A stretch of DNA of 64,000 nucleotides from positions 1 to 64,000 of the forward strand of contig CAUYUJ010000068.1 of the NCBI GenBank assembly GCA_963575745.1. Reading direction: 5' to 3'. The notes under the pieces are model-generated. The model saw only the letters and a list, made by a program, of their open reading frames with translations, was not told the DNA's origin and ran no database searches. Shown here piece by piece: positions 50,701-63,114 of this stretch (positions are counted from its first letter, which is position 1; every line of letters begins with the position of its first letter). The position numbers and the translations under genes were made by a program. The stretch is from Prorocentrum cordatum. Taxonomy: Eukaryota.

Positions 50701-52073
50701 CACTCTGAGGACTCGTCCTAGCATGGTGCTCCTCAGCGGTGCCCGAGTCAGAGGACGAGGAGATGGGGTGGACCTCGCTCAGGGCCTCGGCGCAGCGCTG
50801 CCTCTCCTCTTTAGCCTGGTCTTCGTTGCCCCAGTCAGGGACCTCCTCCTTAGGCGGCATGAGGGATGTAGATTCGTAAGTGGGATCCTGTGTGTTGGAT
50901 TGTTGCTGGTAGGGCTCAGGTGGGGGCCTGTCCTGCATGTGTTCTGCGGACGCTGGTCTGTCTCCCGTGATCCTGACGCCGCTCGAGGGGTTGTTGGGGG
51001 TTGCTGCCGCTTGCTTTCCGTGCACCTTCCTTTGGGCGCTCTCCAGAAAGGGTAGCTGCGCGGTGCGCTGCGTCTCCACGGAGGACACATGCGCGAAGCG
51101 TCCTGTCGCCGACGCCTCGCGCTTCCAGCCGCTCTCCGCCGATCTGGGCGAGCAGCGCGCGCGCGTCCTGCCCTCGCGTGATGATGCGGGGGGCGGGTCC
51201 GAAGACGGCCCCTGCCAGGGGCTGTGTCGCGATGGGGCTCATCGCAATCCGTCGCGCTGAACCACCTGGCGCGGGGAAGGGCGCCGCCCCTGATGACCGC
51301 GTAGTCGCCGCACTGGATGCATTGATTGTCCGTGGCAGCTGGGCGCAGGGACCCCGAGACGGGCGCGTCCGAGCCTGCCCCTGCAGCGCATTGCGGTTGA
51401 CGTGCTCAGCACCCCTCCCAAGGGGTTCGGGAGCTGGGTCGAAGGGGGGCGGCGCCCCGCTGGACTTGGTGGCCGTGGGCCGAGTGGCCGGCGGGGCTGG
51501 GTTCGGCTCGCCGCAGCGCGGCGCGGGTGGATAGGGGGGGCGGGGGGGCGGGGGGAGAACCACCGCCTTTGATGGGCGACTTGGTTGGTGATGGGCAGGG
51601 GGGGGTAGCCTGGACTGGGCTGGGTGTCGCGCGCCTTTCCTTGGTGGGCCTTGATGACTGGACTGGGCTGGGTGTCTGATCGGGGCGCGCGCCCGCCCGT
51701 GGGTCGGTGTGCTGATGGGCCCCGCTGGCGGTTGCGCTCTCGGTGGGGGACTGAGCAGAGGCAGCGCCGTCTGGGTCCCGGGACGGGGGTGGCGGTGTAG
51801 AGGCGTGGCGGTCGTGGTAGCTGCGCTTAGCCTCGTCCCGGGCGGCTGCGCGTCGCCGCGTCTCCTCTGGGCTGGGGCGTGCTGCGCCTTCTGCCGTCGA
51901 CGCAGGGGTGCCTGGTAGCGTGGGGAGAGGTTCGTCCCCTGCTTTTGGGTATACGTCGGGGCCGTGTTGTCTGAGTGTCTCGCTCGCGTCTGATGGGCGC
52001 ATGTTTCATTGGTGGATAAGGCGTTCCTTGCAGTGCCAGCCTGCGCGCCAGCGCTTGGCCAGGAACATCTCCC

Positions 52074-53699
52074 TCATCGGCTGTGTGTGGGTGGGGTGGG
52101 GGGGGCGTGGGCCAGGCTGAAGCCGTCGCGGGGTCCTCCTGGATCCCCAGCGTGCCCGTGCATGCCTGGGTAGGCCTGTCCCGGCCCCCGCCGGTGTCCC
52201 TCCGTGCCCGAGGGGCGTCCGTCGCACTTCCAGATGCCGACATTCCCCTTGTAGAACTGGCTGATAAGGCTGTCGTCGTTCGCGGCGTTGACTGGGAGGG
52301 CGGTTCCCGCGTTGAGGGGGTTCAGGTCGCCTTCCAGCGGGGCCCGCAGCTGCTCCAGGGGCGTCAGGGCCGTGGGTAAGGGCGTCGGACACATCCCGGG
52401 AAGGGCACGCGTTGCGCGGACAGACATGTCGTCGGGGCGGTCGTTGATCCAGGTTTTGAAGTCCACGTCGTCAGGAATGGGCCGCCGCTCGGCCATTGCT
52501 TTCGTAGTCCAGCAACATATGCAAGGCCAGGTCAGGTCCTTCCCATGGTAGTACTCCGTCAGCCTGTTGCTGCTGATGGTTTGGCGGATCCGTTCGCTGA
52601 CGTATGCGCCTTTATCGTGCTTGAAGGCGCCGCGCTGGCATCCTTGACAGTAGAAGTCGGGCTTCTGCTGGTCCTTCTTCCACCTGGTGTCCCAGCTGTC
52701 AATCCATTGGGGCCTTAGTGTCACTCCAGGGCGTGGCCCGAGAGAGGCCGGTGCGTCCAGGTGTAGGCGCGTCTAGGAGTATCCTCCACCTATCCAGGTG
52801 ACGCTTCTTGCCTGCTTGGTCGGGTCGTGGGCGAGGCCGATGTCGGATCCGATCACGTCGACGTAGAGCGCGCATACAGCGCACTCGTGGGCTTCCAAGG
52901 CAGCCAGATCGGCTGTGGACACGATGCCCTCGATGACTGCGAGGGTTGCCTGGGGCGGGAACTCCTTGGCCACCGGGCCCTCCCAGGTCGCGGGGCAGTT
53001 CGCCTTCTTGGCCAGAGGGTGGTGGTGGGCGACCGTGACCAAGCCGGACACCGCTGTGATCAGGAGCTCCAGTGCGGAGTGCAGCTGGTTGAAGTGCTTC
53101 CTCTGGAGCCCGAACAACGCGCTCAGTTGGTCACGTGCAGTCTTGTCGCGTGGGCGGTGCGGCTCGCACAGGCCGAGGATGGCCTCCAGCACGTCCCCGA
53201 TGCCCTCGGCGTCCCCGTATGGGTACAGACAGGTACGTGGCTCGCTTTGTATAAGCAGGGACAGGGCGAGGAGGATCCTGGCCTGGATACCGTCCAAGGT
53301 CGCGCCGGTGCTGTCCCGGAAGCTGTTGACGACAGCAGCTAGGTTTTCTTTTGGACCCATGCTGCAGAAGGCGTGGAACACGGCCGTTGTGGGTGGTTCC
53401 TTGTTCTTCTGGCACTTGCAGGTCAATGGGTGCCAGCATCTGGGTCTGCGCCTGGGGACGTCGGCAGGGATACAGGTCTCCTGGATATGCCAAGCTGCCG
53501 GCATGTTGGGTCGGTTCCTTCGGGGTGGGATCAGGTTGGGGTCGAGTGCGTGCGCGGTGTCCTTGTCGGTGACCCCGAGTCCTATCGCCCGCGTGATGGT
53601 CGCGAAGGCCGTGGTATAGACCAGGTTGCCGGCGTCCAATCCTACCAGCGCTGAGCAGTAGAAGAGGAATCCGTTCATGCTCCATCCCTCGGGACGCAC
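52074..53699 (-). pseudogene. Unknown protein-like reading frame (308 aa plus in-frame continuation past one stop) with an RNase III-like GDVLEAILG motif and CxxC pairs
   Basis: Complex, non-repetitive sequence; track ORFs 52773..53699 and 52074..52724 are in the same frame. Confidence 0.45.
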
Positions 53700-54305
53700 A
53701 ACAAACGCACACTACATATCCATTACGGACACCATAGGCGTGCGCGTGGGGAAGCTGATGAGGACGATCGCTAAGGGATACATCTAACATATCAATGTAT
53801 CTTTCGATACGGATTCCAAGCAACCGATAGCAAAATAAGGGCACGACGTCTTCAGCGATACGGACAAGGTGCGCCCTGTACTACGCTACGCGCAAGTTGC
53901 GCGGTCCCTTGTACCTCCTACAAGATCACCTGAGTGGCTCGGCCTCCCACCTCACCTCCCTCCCCCTCCCCCTTTCCTCGGATGATGTTTGAAAAAATGA
54001 TGGCCTCCCCCCTCCCGCCTGATGGCACGGTCCCGCGGTGGCACCGGGGGAACCCCAGGCGCGCGCGGGCAGGGCGCCACAAGCGCGCGGGCGGGCATGC
54101 TCGGGGCGGGAACAGCCGAGGCGGCTGCGAGGGAGAGGGGGAGGAGGAGGAGGAGGAGGAGGAGGAGGAGGGGGAGGAGGAGGAGGAGGGAAACGGGAGG
54201 AGGAGGAGCAGGAGGAGGAGGAGGAGGAGGAGGAGGAGGAACGGGAGGAGGAGGAGCAGGAGGAGGATGAGGACGATGATGAGGAGAATGAGAAGGAGGA
54301 GTCTG

Positions 54306-54349
<44 letters not shown>

Positions 54350-54616
54350 GATGATGGTGATGTTGATGGTGATGATGATGAGGAGGAAGAGGAGGAGGCG
54401 GCGGAGGAGAAGGACGAATCTGTGGATGAGGGAGGAGGAGGTAGAGAAGGTGGGTGAAGGAGGAGGAACCCACGAGCATGAAAGATGAAGGAGGAGGAGG
54501 AGAAGGAGAAGGAGCAGGAGGAGGAGCAGGAGGAGGAGCAGGTAGGTGCGGGACGAGGAGGAGGATGATGAGAAGGTTGAAGAGGATTGGGTGGGTGAAA
54601 GAAGGAGGAGGACTAC

Positions 54617-57600
54617 CCTTCTTCGGATGCACCGAGCCTGAACCCGACCGCGCCGAACTCCCCGAGTCTCCCGGGCATGGGGCCGGGCCCGAGTCGGCCG
54701 TGAAGCCCCCGAAGCCCCTCGCCTCCCAGACCCCTCGTCCTGCCCCCCCACTTCCGGGCGCGTCAAGAGGCGGCGCGCGGCGGCCTTGCCGAGGTCGTCC
54801 TCGTCATCCGACTTGACGATGAACTCGGGCCTGCGCTGGGTGGTGGAGGGAGGTCGGGCAGAACGGAGGGCGAGGAGGAGGGAGGGGGGGACGAGGGCGA
54901 GGAACGGGAGGCGAGGCTCGAGGGCCGAGGTTTTGGGGGTTCTTGCTCGTTTCTGGCTTCTGGGTCCCAGGGTACGGTCAGGAGCTTTTGTTTAGCGAGT
55001 CGCGGCGGCGCCAGCTGCGACACGCTATGCCTTGCGAGTTGATCTCATTTCGCTCTTCTTCGCAGGACGGGATGCGGGGAAACGAAGGGGAACGTATATG
55101 CTTTGGGACTGAAGCCTGCGTGGTGAATCGTGCCGAAGCGTGCTGGGCCCAAGCTGGCGTCGCGACATCTTCAGCAAACGCTCCTGGCCGTAATTCCAGG
55201 TGAGGAAGAAGAACATGAGGAGTGCGAGGTCAACAGAAGAATTGCTGAACCAACATTTGTTTTGTGCTGCTGCTGTGAACAAGTGTTCGAAGTCCCGTGC
55301 TATCGAAACGGGCCGCGGCTACCTCGCAGCACGTCGTGTCGCGATCTACTTGATGAGCGGGCTGGCGAAGAGAAGCGCCAGCGCAATGGCGAGTCCGCAG
55401 ATCGTCAACGACTCCACGAAGGCCAAAGACGGGAGAACGACGCCGCGCAGGTCTTCGGCCACCTGAGAGCAGTTACGCCATGCAGCAGGATGTCTGAGAA
55501 ATCCTCGTTGCACCAGCGGGAGGGAAAGGAGGAGGGGGAGGAGGAGGCCTCGCGCGCTCGAGGAGGCCCAGCCCAAGGTGGGTGAGGAGGAGGAGGAGGA
55601 GGAGGAGGAGGAGGAGGCCCAACCGTTCAGCTGGAAGGCCGCCCTTCTCGTCGCAAGGCAAGTCAGCGCCGACGGCCTGGAGACCGAAGCCGAGGTCCGC
55701 GCGAGCCGGGTCTGGGCCCGGGCGCTCCCGCCTGGCGCGCGGCGTCGCGCCGGCCGCGCCGCAGGCGCTGCGGTGGTGGCCGACGAGGCCCGGGGGCGAC
55801 GCGGTCGAGGCGGTCCGCCGAAGACTCGCCCCCCACGCAGCGGAGCCGCCGTCGCTCCCTGCCCCGGGTCCTTGTGGCGATGTGGTGTCGCCCTCCTCCT
55901 CCTCCTCCTCCTTCCCCTCCCCCCCTCCCCCCCCCTCCCCCTCCCCCTCCCCCTCCCCCTCCTCCTCCTCCTCCTCCTCCTCCTCCTCCTCCTCCTCCTC
56001 CTCCTGCTCCTCCTATTTCCAGATTTCCACCCGAGTCATCTCGAACGTCCAGCTCGGGGGATGGTGTCGAGGACCTGCTCGCTGGGGGTCGCACTGCCAG
56101 TGGTCTCGGTGTAGCTTCTCCTGCCCCTGATGGAGGCAGTCCCTTCGAGATTTGAGCAGCGGGTATCCTGATGGGGATATGAGCAGCCCTGGGGCGCCAC
56201 TCCGTCCGAGCAGCGAGAGGCGAGGCTGAGCAGACGGGGGAGGATCAGTAGCAGAAAGAGGGAAGAGGGATGATGGGGTGAGGAGGCGGCCCTCAACGGC
56301 CCAAAGCATCATACATGCCCCAGGGACCTTGACGACGACGGCGACGACGACTGCGACACCCACGACGACCATCTTGCGAACATGCGATCTAAGGAGCTGG
56401 TGTGATATTCACTTGTACCTCCCGCTTCCTTGTACCAGTCTTCTCAGAACCTGCGACAATCCCCGATTGGCGTGTTTTCTGCCCAAACACTGTGCAATGC
56501 AAGTGGGCACTCTGTGGGCTCGTTCGGCGCCTCGGGCGCCATGCCTGAATGAGAGGACATACCCGTATCTGCCCATGAAATGTCCGAATTAAGCGCGAGG
56601 AAGTGTATGGGGCTGGAGCCGTTGTCGTTGCAGTTAACAGTTTGGCCTTCACCAACCCAAACGACTTGAGGGAATGTCTTGGGCGAGAGCGCCGTTCCTG
56701 TGTAAGAGTTCATTTGACCAGGGCGCGTGGTAGTAAATTGATGGGGAGCACCGAGCGGGAGTCGTTGTCGTCCTCGCTGGGCCTCTACAAACCCAAGCGG
56801 ATTGCGAGGAAGTCTCGTGCGAGAGCGCCATTCGTGAGAGCAAGGGCGTCTCTGGCCAAGGCGCCTCGGAGCAACTTGGAAAGACGTGTATACATGGATC
56901 TGTGTACACACATATTTGTTACTCTATGCATCGGAAATTCGCAAGTCTGGACTCCAATCAACGAATTATTGGACTGCGGAGGTGACAGCTATCGTGTGTA
57001 AGCTATGCACTGTGAGCTCAGTGGTGTATGATATGGAGTAGAAGCTATGCTGTGGAAGGTCGGTCTTGAGAGCTATGCTGTGTGAGCTATGTGATGTGAG
57101 CTATGATGTCTGAGGTCTGCGGTGAAAGCCATGTGTACGCCCCATGCTCTGTGAGTCGTGCGGCGTGAGCCACCTGTGGGTGGTGCGAGCTGTGCGGTGC
57201 GAGCTGTGCGTGGGGCTATGGCCGTGTGGCGTTGAGCCGTGGCGTGCGCTGCGTGGCCTGAGCTGGGTCGTGTGAGCCGTGCATTCTGTGTGCTGTGTGG
57301 TGGAGGCCACGAGGTCGTGATCCCCCCCCTAGCGTGAAGTCGGGCCTGTCCCCCTACAGGGGGACTTTCGACGAAAGATTAAAGATACCCCCAACATACT
57401 CCCCAAATGCTCAGAACCAGCTAAAACATGGTCCCCAGACGATGTTCTTGACTACTTTTGAGCATTCCCCCTGTAGAGGGACGGGCCCCACTTAACCCTA
57501 GCGGCAACGAGGCGGCCCCCGCGCGGCGGCGCGCGCGGGCCCCCGGGGGCGGCCACGGCCACGGGGCGGCGGCGCCGCGGCGAGGCCCCCGGCGGACCCC

Positions 57601-57720
57601 CCCCGCAAGGCGGGGCGGCAGCGAGGCGGCCACGAGCCGCCACGCGGCGCAGAGCCTTGGCCAAGGGCTCCCCACTTCGCGCTCTCGCGCTGCGCGGAGC
57701 GCGAACTTGGGGCCCAGGGC

Positions 57721-57764
<44 letters not shown>

Positions 57765-60700
57765 GAGATAACGCGGCGCTGGGGACGCCAGGCCGGCCCC
57801 TGCTGGGGCCCAGGGCCCGGGTCGGCACGTCCCCGAGGGGGCCGCACGGAACCAGAGTTTGCAGATCGGATCTGTGGGGGAACAAGGGCTCCCAACTTCG
57901 CGCTTCGCGCTGCGCGAAGTGCGAATCACTTCGCGCCCTTGCGCCGCCTCCCAGGGGAGAAGAGGAAGATGAGGAATCGGAGCCGAACCGCGAAGCGCGA
58001 ACAACTTCGCGCCCTCGAGGGCGCCCTTGCCTGGCGGGCACGCCCAACTCCTGAGTGATAGAAATAAGAACTCCTAAGTGCGACCACCGCTTGCTTTTGT
58101 TGATGCAGCATGGTCGCCACAGTGCCCCAAGACGCCCCCGAAACCACCTCCAGGGGGCATCCGACAGGCCTCCAAAGAGATCCCCGCGTGCTTCCAGGAA
58201 GCCTCTGATCTACAAACCAGGCACGGTGGCGGGATGGGCCAAAGCCCATCATACATGCATGCATACATACAAAAGTATATACGTATACCTACATTTATAT
58301 ATACATCAATATGTATAGTACACATATATATACGTATACTCCAGATTTCGTAATAAAGGGAGGGGGGTCTCATTTCGGGGGGGTCTTTTCCAGGCTATCT
58401 TGGAGGGCCTGGGGGGGTCTGGGGACGATGTTTTGGAGGGTTCTCCCATGGGGGAGGTCTGAAATGGCTTGTCTTGGAGGGTCCAGACCCCCTCCCTTTT
58501 ATTACGAAATCTGGGGTACACACATATATGTTTATATACATGTATATATCGACAGGGAGCGGACGTCGTCGCAGTTCGGCCTTCACCGAATTGACCGGGC
58601 TGCGAATGCATATCGAGCGAGAGCGGCGCTGCCGAGTTTCGGCGCCTCTCTGACCAGGGTGTGTCTCGGGGAACGGCATACACATCAACTTTCGAGGGCC
58701 CGCGCGGATCTCTTGGAGAAGCGCTGGCTCCTCATCCTTGACGCGCGGAGCGCGCCAGGGGCGGCGACGGAGGCGTCAGCAAAGGAGGTGCGGCGCAGGC
58801 GCAAGAAAGCTCGCGTGGACCTTCCACAATCACTCTTTCTGCAATGATTCCTCGCGACGCGAGGAAGATTATGTCGGCGGTGGAGAAACCTCCCTTTAGT
58901 AAACATCCCTTTAGTGAAAACAGCCTGGGACCGAAACCGACGGACCTGGACCCGCAAAAATGACGGCCGCGAAGCCCTCTCGCGAACCGAAAGTGGCCAA
59001 GTCACTAATCGACGTGTCAGGGTAGGAGGTCTGTCAACCTCCGATTATGGATGCCTTTTCAATGGGGTCCGACTAGGTGGGGTCGAAAGATTGCGCCGCA
59101 TCGCCAATGCATCGCCGATGCACCGGCGATGCGTCGGCGATGCTGCTGCGCCGTTGGCGTCAAGAAAAGTGGACCCCACATCGGGCTGCATCGCCGATGC
59201 ATCGGCGATGCGGCACGATCCTCCGATCCTATCTCCTCGGACCCCATTTGGGAGGCCTGGGAAAGCTTAGGCCCGACGACTCAGGGGCGTCCAAGCGGTT
59301 TAGCAAGTCATGCCCGAGGCATGTGCGCGGACGAGGGGGAGGTGGCACGGGACGTGTTGGCAGAAGAAGGGGAGGCCATGATGTCCAGGAGATTGCCTGG
59401 CCCCAGCTATGACATATCCACACAGCCCTAGTCATCGCCACCCTATTGGCCGCACCCGACCATATATTCGGACCCCATTTGGCGGGCACCGGAAACCCAG
59501 GACGCCCCCAAGCTGCCATCTCTAAGAAGATCGGGCCTCCTTTGACCCAGGTCAATGCAAACCCGGGTCAACCGGGCTTTGCAGGATGCTGCAAGATCCT
59601 GCAGACGTGCCTTCAAAACTCATAGTTAAGATGAACGTTACGGCTGCAAGCCCCTTGGACGCCCATGTCGTAGCTTTTCGAGCGGGGCTGGACGTCGAAA
59701 GTGGTCAAGGATGGAGCTAAAGGTGCCCTGGCCCAAGGAACCCCCGGGCTTGTCGCTCTGTTATGGAGCCCCATGTGCCCCCCTGGGCCTCGTGAAGGGC
59801 GCTCTGGAGGCCGTGGGCCAAGGGCACTTCCAGCAACACCCGGTTTGGGGCCGACGACGGCGACGGAGACGATGACTACCTACCAGACCACCCTAACCTG
59901 ACCTGCCGCCACCCTCGGATCCCTTCCTATCCTTGGGGCCCCATACCTCAGGACCCCCTCTCTGACCCTCCGGGAGAAAACATCTATGCCTGCCGTCGGC
60001 GAGCGGGGTGGGGAAGCGAAACGGAGAAGACTCTCTCTCGGAAGACGGCGGGGCTGCTCAGAAACCCTCCAGCCTTCTGAGAATCGTTCTGTTTTTTTGG
60101 GAAGGCTTAGAAAAGTTCCACGGGCTCCCAACTTCGCGCTTCGCGCTGCGCGAAGTGCGAATAACTTCGCGCCCTCGAGGGCGCCCTTAGGGACCCCTGA
60201 GCCTTCTGAGACTGCTCGCCCCCTCTCAGCTGCCCTCCCAAGCGCGCCGCCGAGCTCGGGGCCGACGACGGCGACGGCGACGGCGAACGGCGACGGCGAA
60301 CGGCGACGGCGACGGCGAGCGGCGAGCGGCGACGGCGACGGCGACGGCGATGGCGAACGTCGACGGCGACGGCGACGATGGCGACGGCGGCGAAGTCGAC
60401 GGCGAGGAGCAGCTGCGGCAGCGGGGCGGGGCAGCGAGAGGCGCGCGGCAGCGGGGCCTGCCGAGCACGTTCCTGTTGAGGAAGTCGACGTGCGTCCCCT
60501 CGGCGACCTCGCCCCCCCCGGAGGAGGAGGAGGAGGAGGAGGAGGAGGAGGAGGAGGAGGAGGAGGAGGAGGAGCAGAGGAAGGAGGAGGAGGAGAAGGA
60601 GGGGGACGAGGAGGAGGATGAGGAGGAGGAGGTGGAGGAAACGAGGAGCAGGAGGAGGAGGAGGAGGAGGAGTAGGAGGAGGAGGAGGAGGGAGGAGGAG

Positions 60701-63017
60701 GAGGGGAGGAGAAGGGAGGAGGAGGAGGGGGGGAGGAGGAGAGGGGAGGGGGAAGAGGAGAAGGGGGAGGAGATGAGGGAAGGGGAGGATGAGGAGGAGG
60801 AAGAGGAGGAGGGTGAGGGAGGAGGAGGAGGAGGCGGAGGGTAGGAGGAGGAGGAGGAGGAGGGGAGGAGGAGGAGGAGGGAGGAGGAGGGGAGGAGGAG
60901 GAGGAGGAAAAGGCCGAGGAGAGGAGGAGGAGGAGGAGGAGGATGAGGATGAGGATGAGGTTGAGGATGCGAAGGAGAGATGAGGTGAGGATGAGGAGGA
61001 GGAGGAGGAGGAGGAGGAGGAGAGGAGAGGAGGGGGGGGGGAAAAGGGAAAGGGAGAAGGGGAGGAGGAGAAGGGCGAGGAGGAGGAGGGCGAGGAGGAC
61101 GGGGAGGAGGAGGAAGGAGGAGGAGGAGGAGGAGGAGGAGGAGGAGGACGAGGAGGAGGAGGAGGAGGAGGAGGAGGAGGATTAGGTTAGGCACGCCACT
61201 AGACTCGCCACCCCGCGCTGACACCGAGGCCCCAGCGCGACATGGCGAGCCCGTGGGTTATCCATCAGTCTCTTCCACCGCCGCCCGCTGGCCCATTTCC
61301 CAGCGGGGGCCCACTCCCAGGTGCCAAGGTCGCGGGCACTCTGGGGTTCACGCTCGGCGAGCGGGCGGCGGAGGCGGCGACAGGCGCACAGGGCTGCGCC
61401 TGTGTCAAGCCGCTGGCGGGCGACGGGCCTGGAGCCTCGTCGTCCTCATCGTAGAGCTCCAGCTCGATGTAGTCGGCGGGCTGTACCAATGCCAACCTAC
61501 TCGAACTCGAAGCAAATCTCCTGCGGCCTAACCGCTCGCCGCGCTGGGGAATTTTGTGGCCTAGCCCCTCGCCACGCTGGGGCAGGAAGCGGTCTAACCC
61601 CTCACCGCGCTGGGGTCGGTGGCCTAACCCCTCGCCACGCAGGGGAATGCTGCTGCGGTCTAAACCCTCACCGCGCTGGGGGTCACCTTGCCCTGCACTG
61701 TCGCCGTGCTGGGGTCGGGTGCGGCCAGTCGGTGCCCGTGGCAACGTGCTCGAGCTCGCTGCCGTACCACTGCTGCGGCCTAACCCCTCGCCGCACTGGG
61801 GAGTAGGACTGGCCTAACCCCTCGCCGCGCTGGGGAACGGTGCGGCCTACTCCCTTGCCGCGCTGGGGCCTGTGGCCTAACCCCATGCCCTGCTGGGGTC
61901 TGCTGCTGCGGTCTAACCCCTCACCGCGCGGGGGAGAGCCGAGTCTCGCACTGTTGCCATACTTGATGCTGCTGCCTTCTAGCTCGGGCGGGGTCTCCGG
62001 ACAATGCCGCTCGCTGTGTTCGCGGTTCACGTGGTATCCTCGGGCCAAGCCCTCCCCCTCGCGTTCAGTCTGTCGGTTTCCCAGGGTATGGGTCCGCTCT
62101 GTTAGTTGCGAGGTCCTGTCTACCACCATGTTGGTCACGCAGTCCGCGTCATGCTTTCTGGGCTCGTCAGGGACCTGGCCTAACCCCTCGCCACGCTGGG
62201 GCAGAGAGCGGTCGAACCCCTCCCCGCGCTGGGGTCGGTGGCGTAACCCCTCGCTGCGCTGGGGGTTGCTGCGGTCTAACCCCTCACCGCGCTGGGGATC
62301 GCCTTGCCCCGCGCTGTCACTGTGCTGGGGTCAGGTACGGTCTAACCCCTCACCGTGCTGGGGGACATAGTTGTCATACTCGTCATACAGCTCTAGCTCG
62401 ATGTAGTCGCCAGTCGGTGCCCGTGGCAACCTGCTCGAGCTCGCTGCCAATCCATAGCTGCGGCCTAACCCCTCGCCGCGCTGGGGGAGAAAGTGGCCTA
62501 ACCCCTCGCCGCGCTGAGGATCGCTGCTGCTGCGGTCTAACCCCTCACCGCGCGGGGGAAGCCCGCGTCTCGCACTGTCCCCATCGTCGATGCTACTGCC
62601 CACTGGCTCGGGCGAGGTCCCCCGACTATGCCTCTCGCTGCGTTCGCGGTTCACGTGGTATCCGCGGGCCAAGCCCTCCCCCCAGGGGAGGAGGAGGAGG
62701 AGGAGGAGGGGGGGGAGGAGGAGGGGGAAGAGGAGGATGGGGCCCCCCTGCCGCCCCAGACCACCAGCGCCCTCCACCACTCGCAAGGTAGTTGCTCGCA
62801 AATGGCCTGGATCCGCCGCGGAGGATTTGCGCTCCGCTCGGCGGCGAACGAGGGGGGCAATGAGAGGGAGAAGGCCTCCTCAGAAGGCGACGGGACTTCT
62901 CAGCAGCCCTCGCGCCTTCCGAGAAGTCTCCTGTGTCTTCGGGGAAGGCTTCGACAACTTCCCCGAAAGCTGGGGGGCTTCTGAGCCTTCTGAGAAGGCA
63001 TTCCCTTACACCGAGGC

Positions 63018-63114
<97 letters not shown>

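Noticed and set aside
53756..53922. Solo LTR (TG...CA)
   Set aside because: The flanks GAAGC and AGATC are not a TSD, and no second copy was seen in the window.
58690..58830. Exon reading RARADLLEKRWLLILD
   Set aside because: It resembles the reverse complement of ~32830-32920, so it is more likely a dispersed repeat.
61525..62560. CRISPR array
   Set aside because: Spacers are mostly 5-14 nt and partly repeated, the repeats are degenerate, no cas genes are present and the context is eukaryotic.
61560..62560. Telomeric repeats (CTAACCC)
   Set aside because: The motif occurs once per 25-bp unit and is never tandem.
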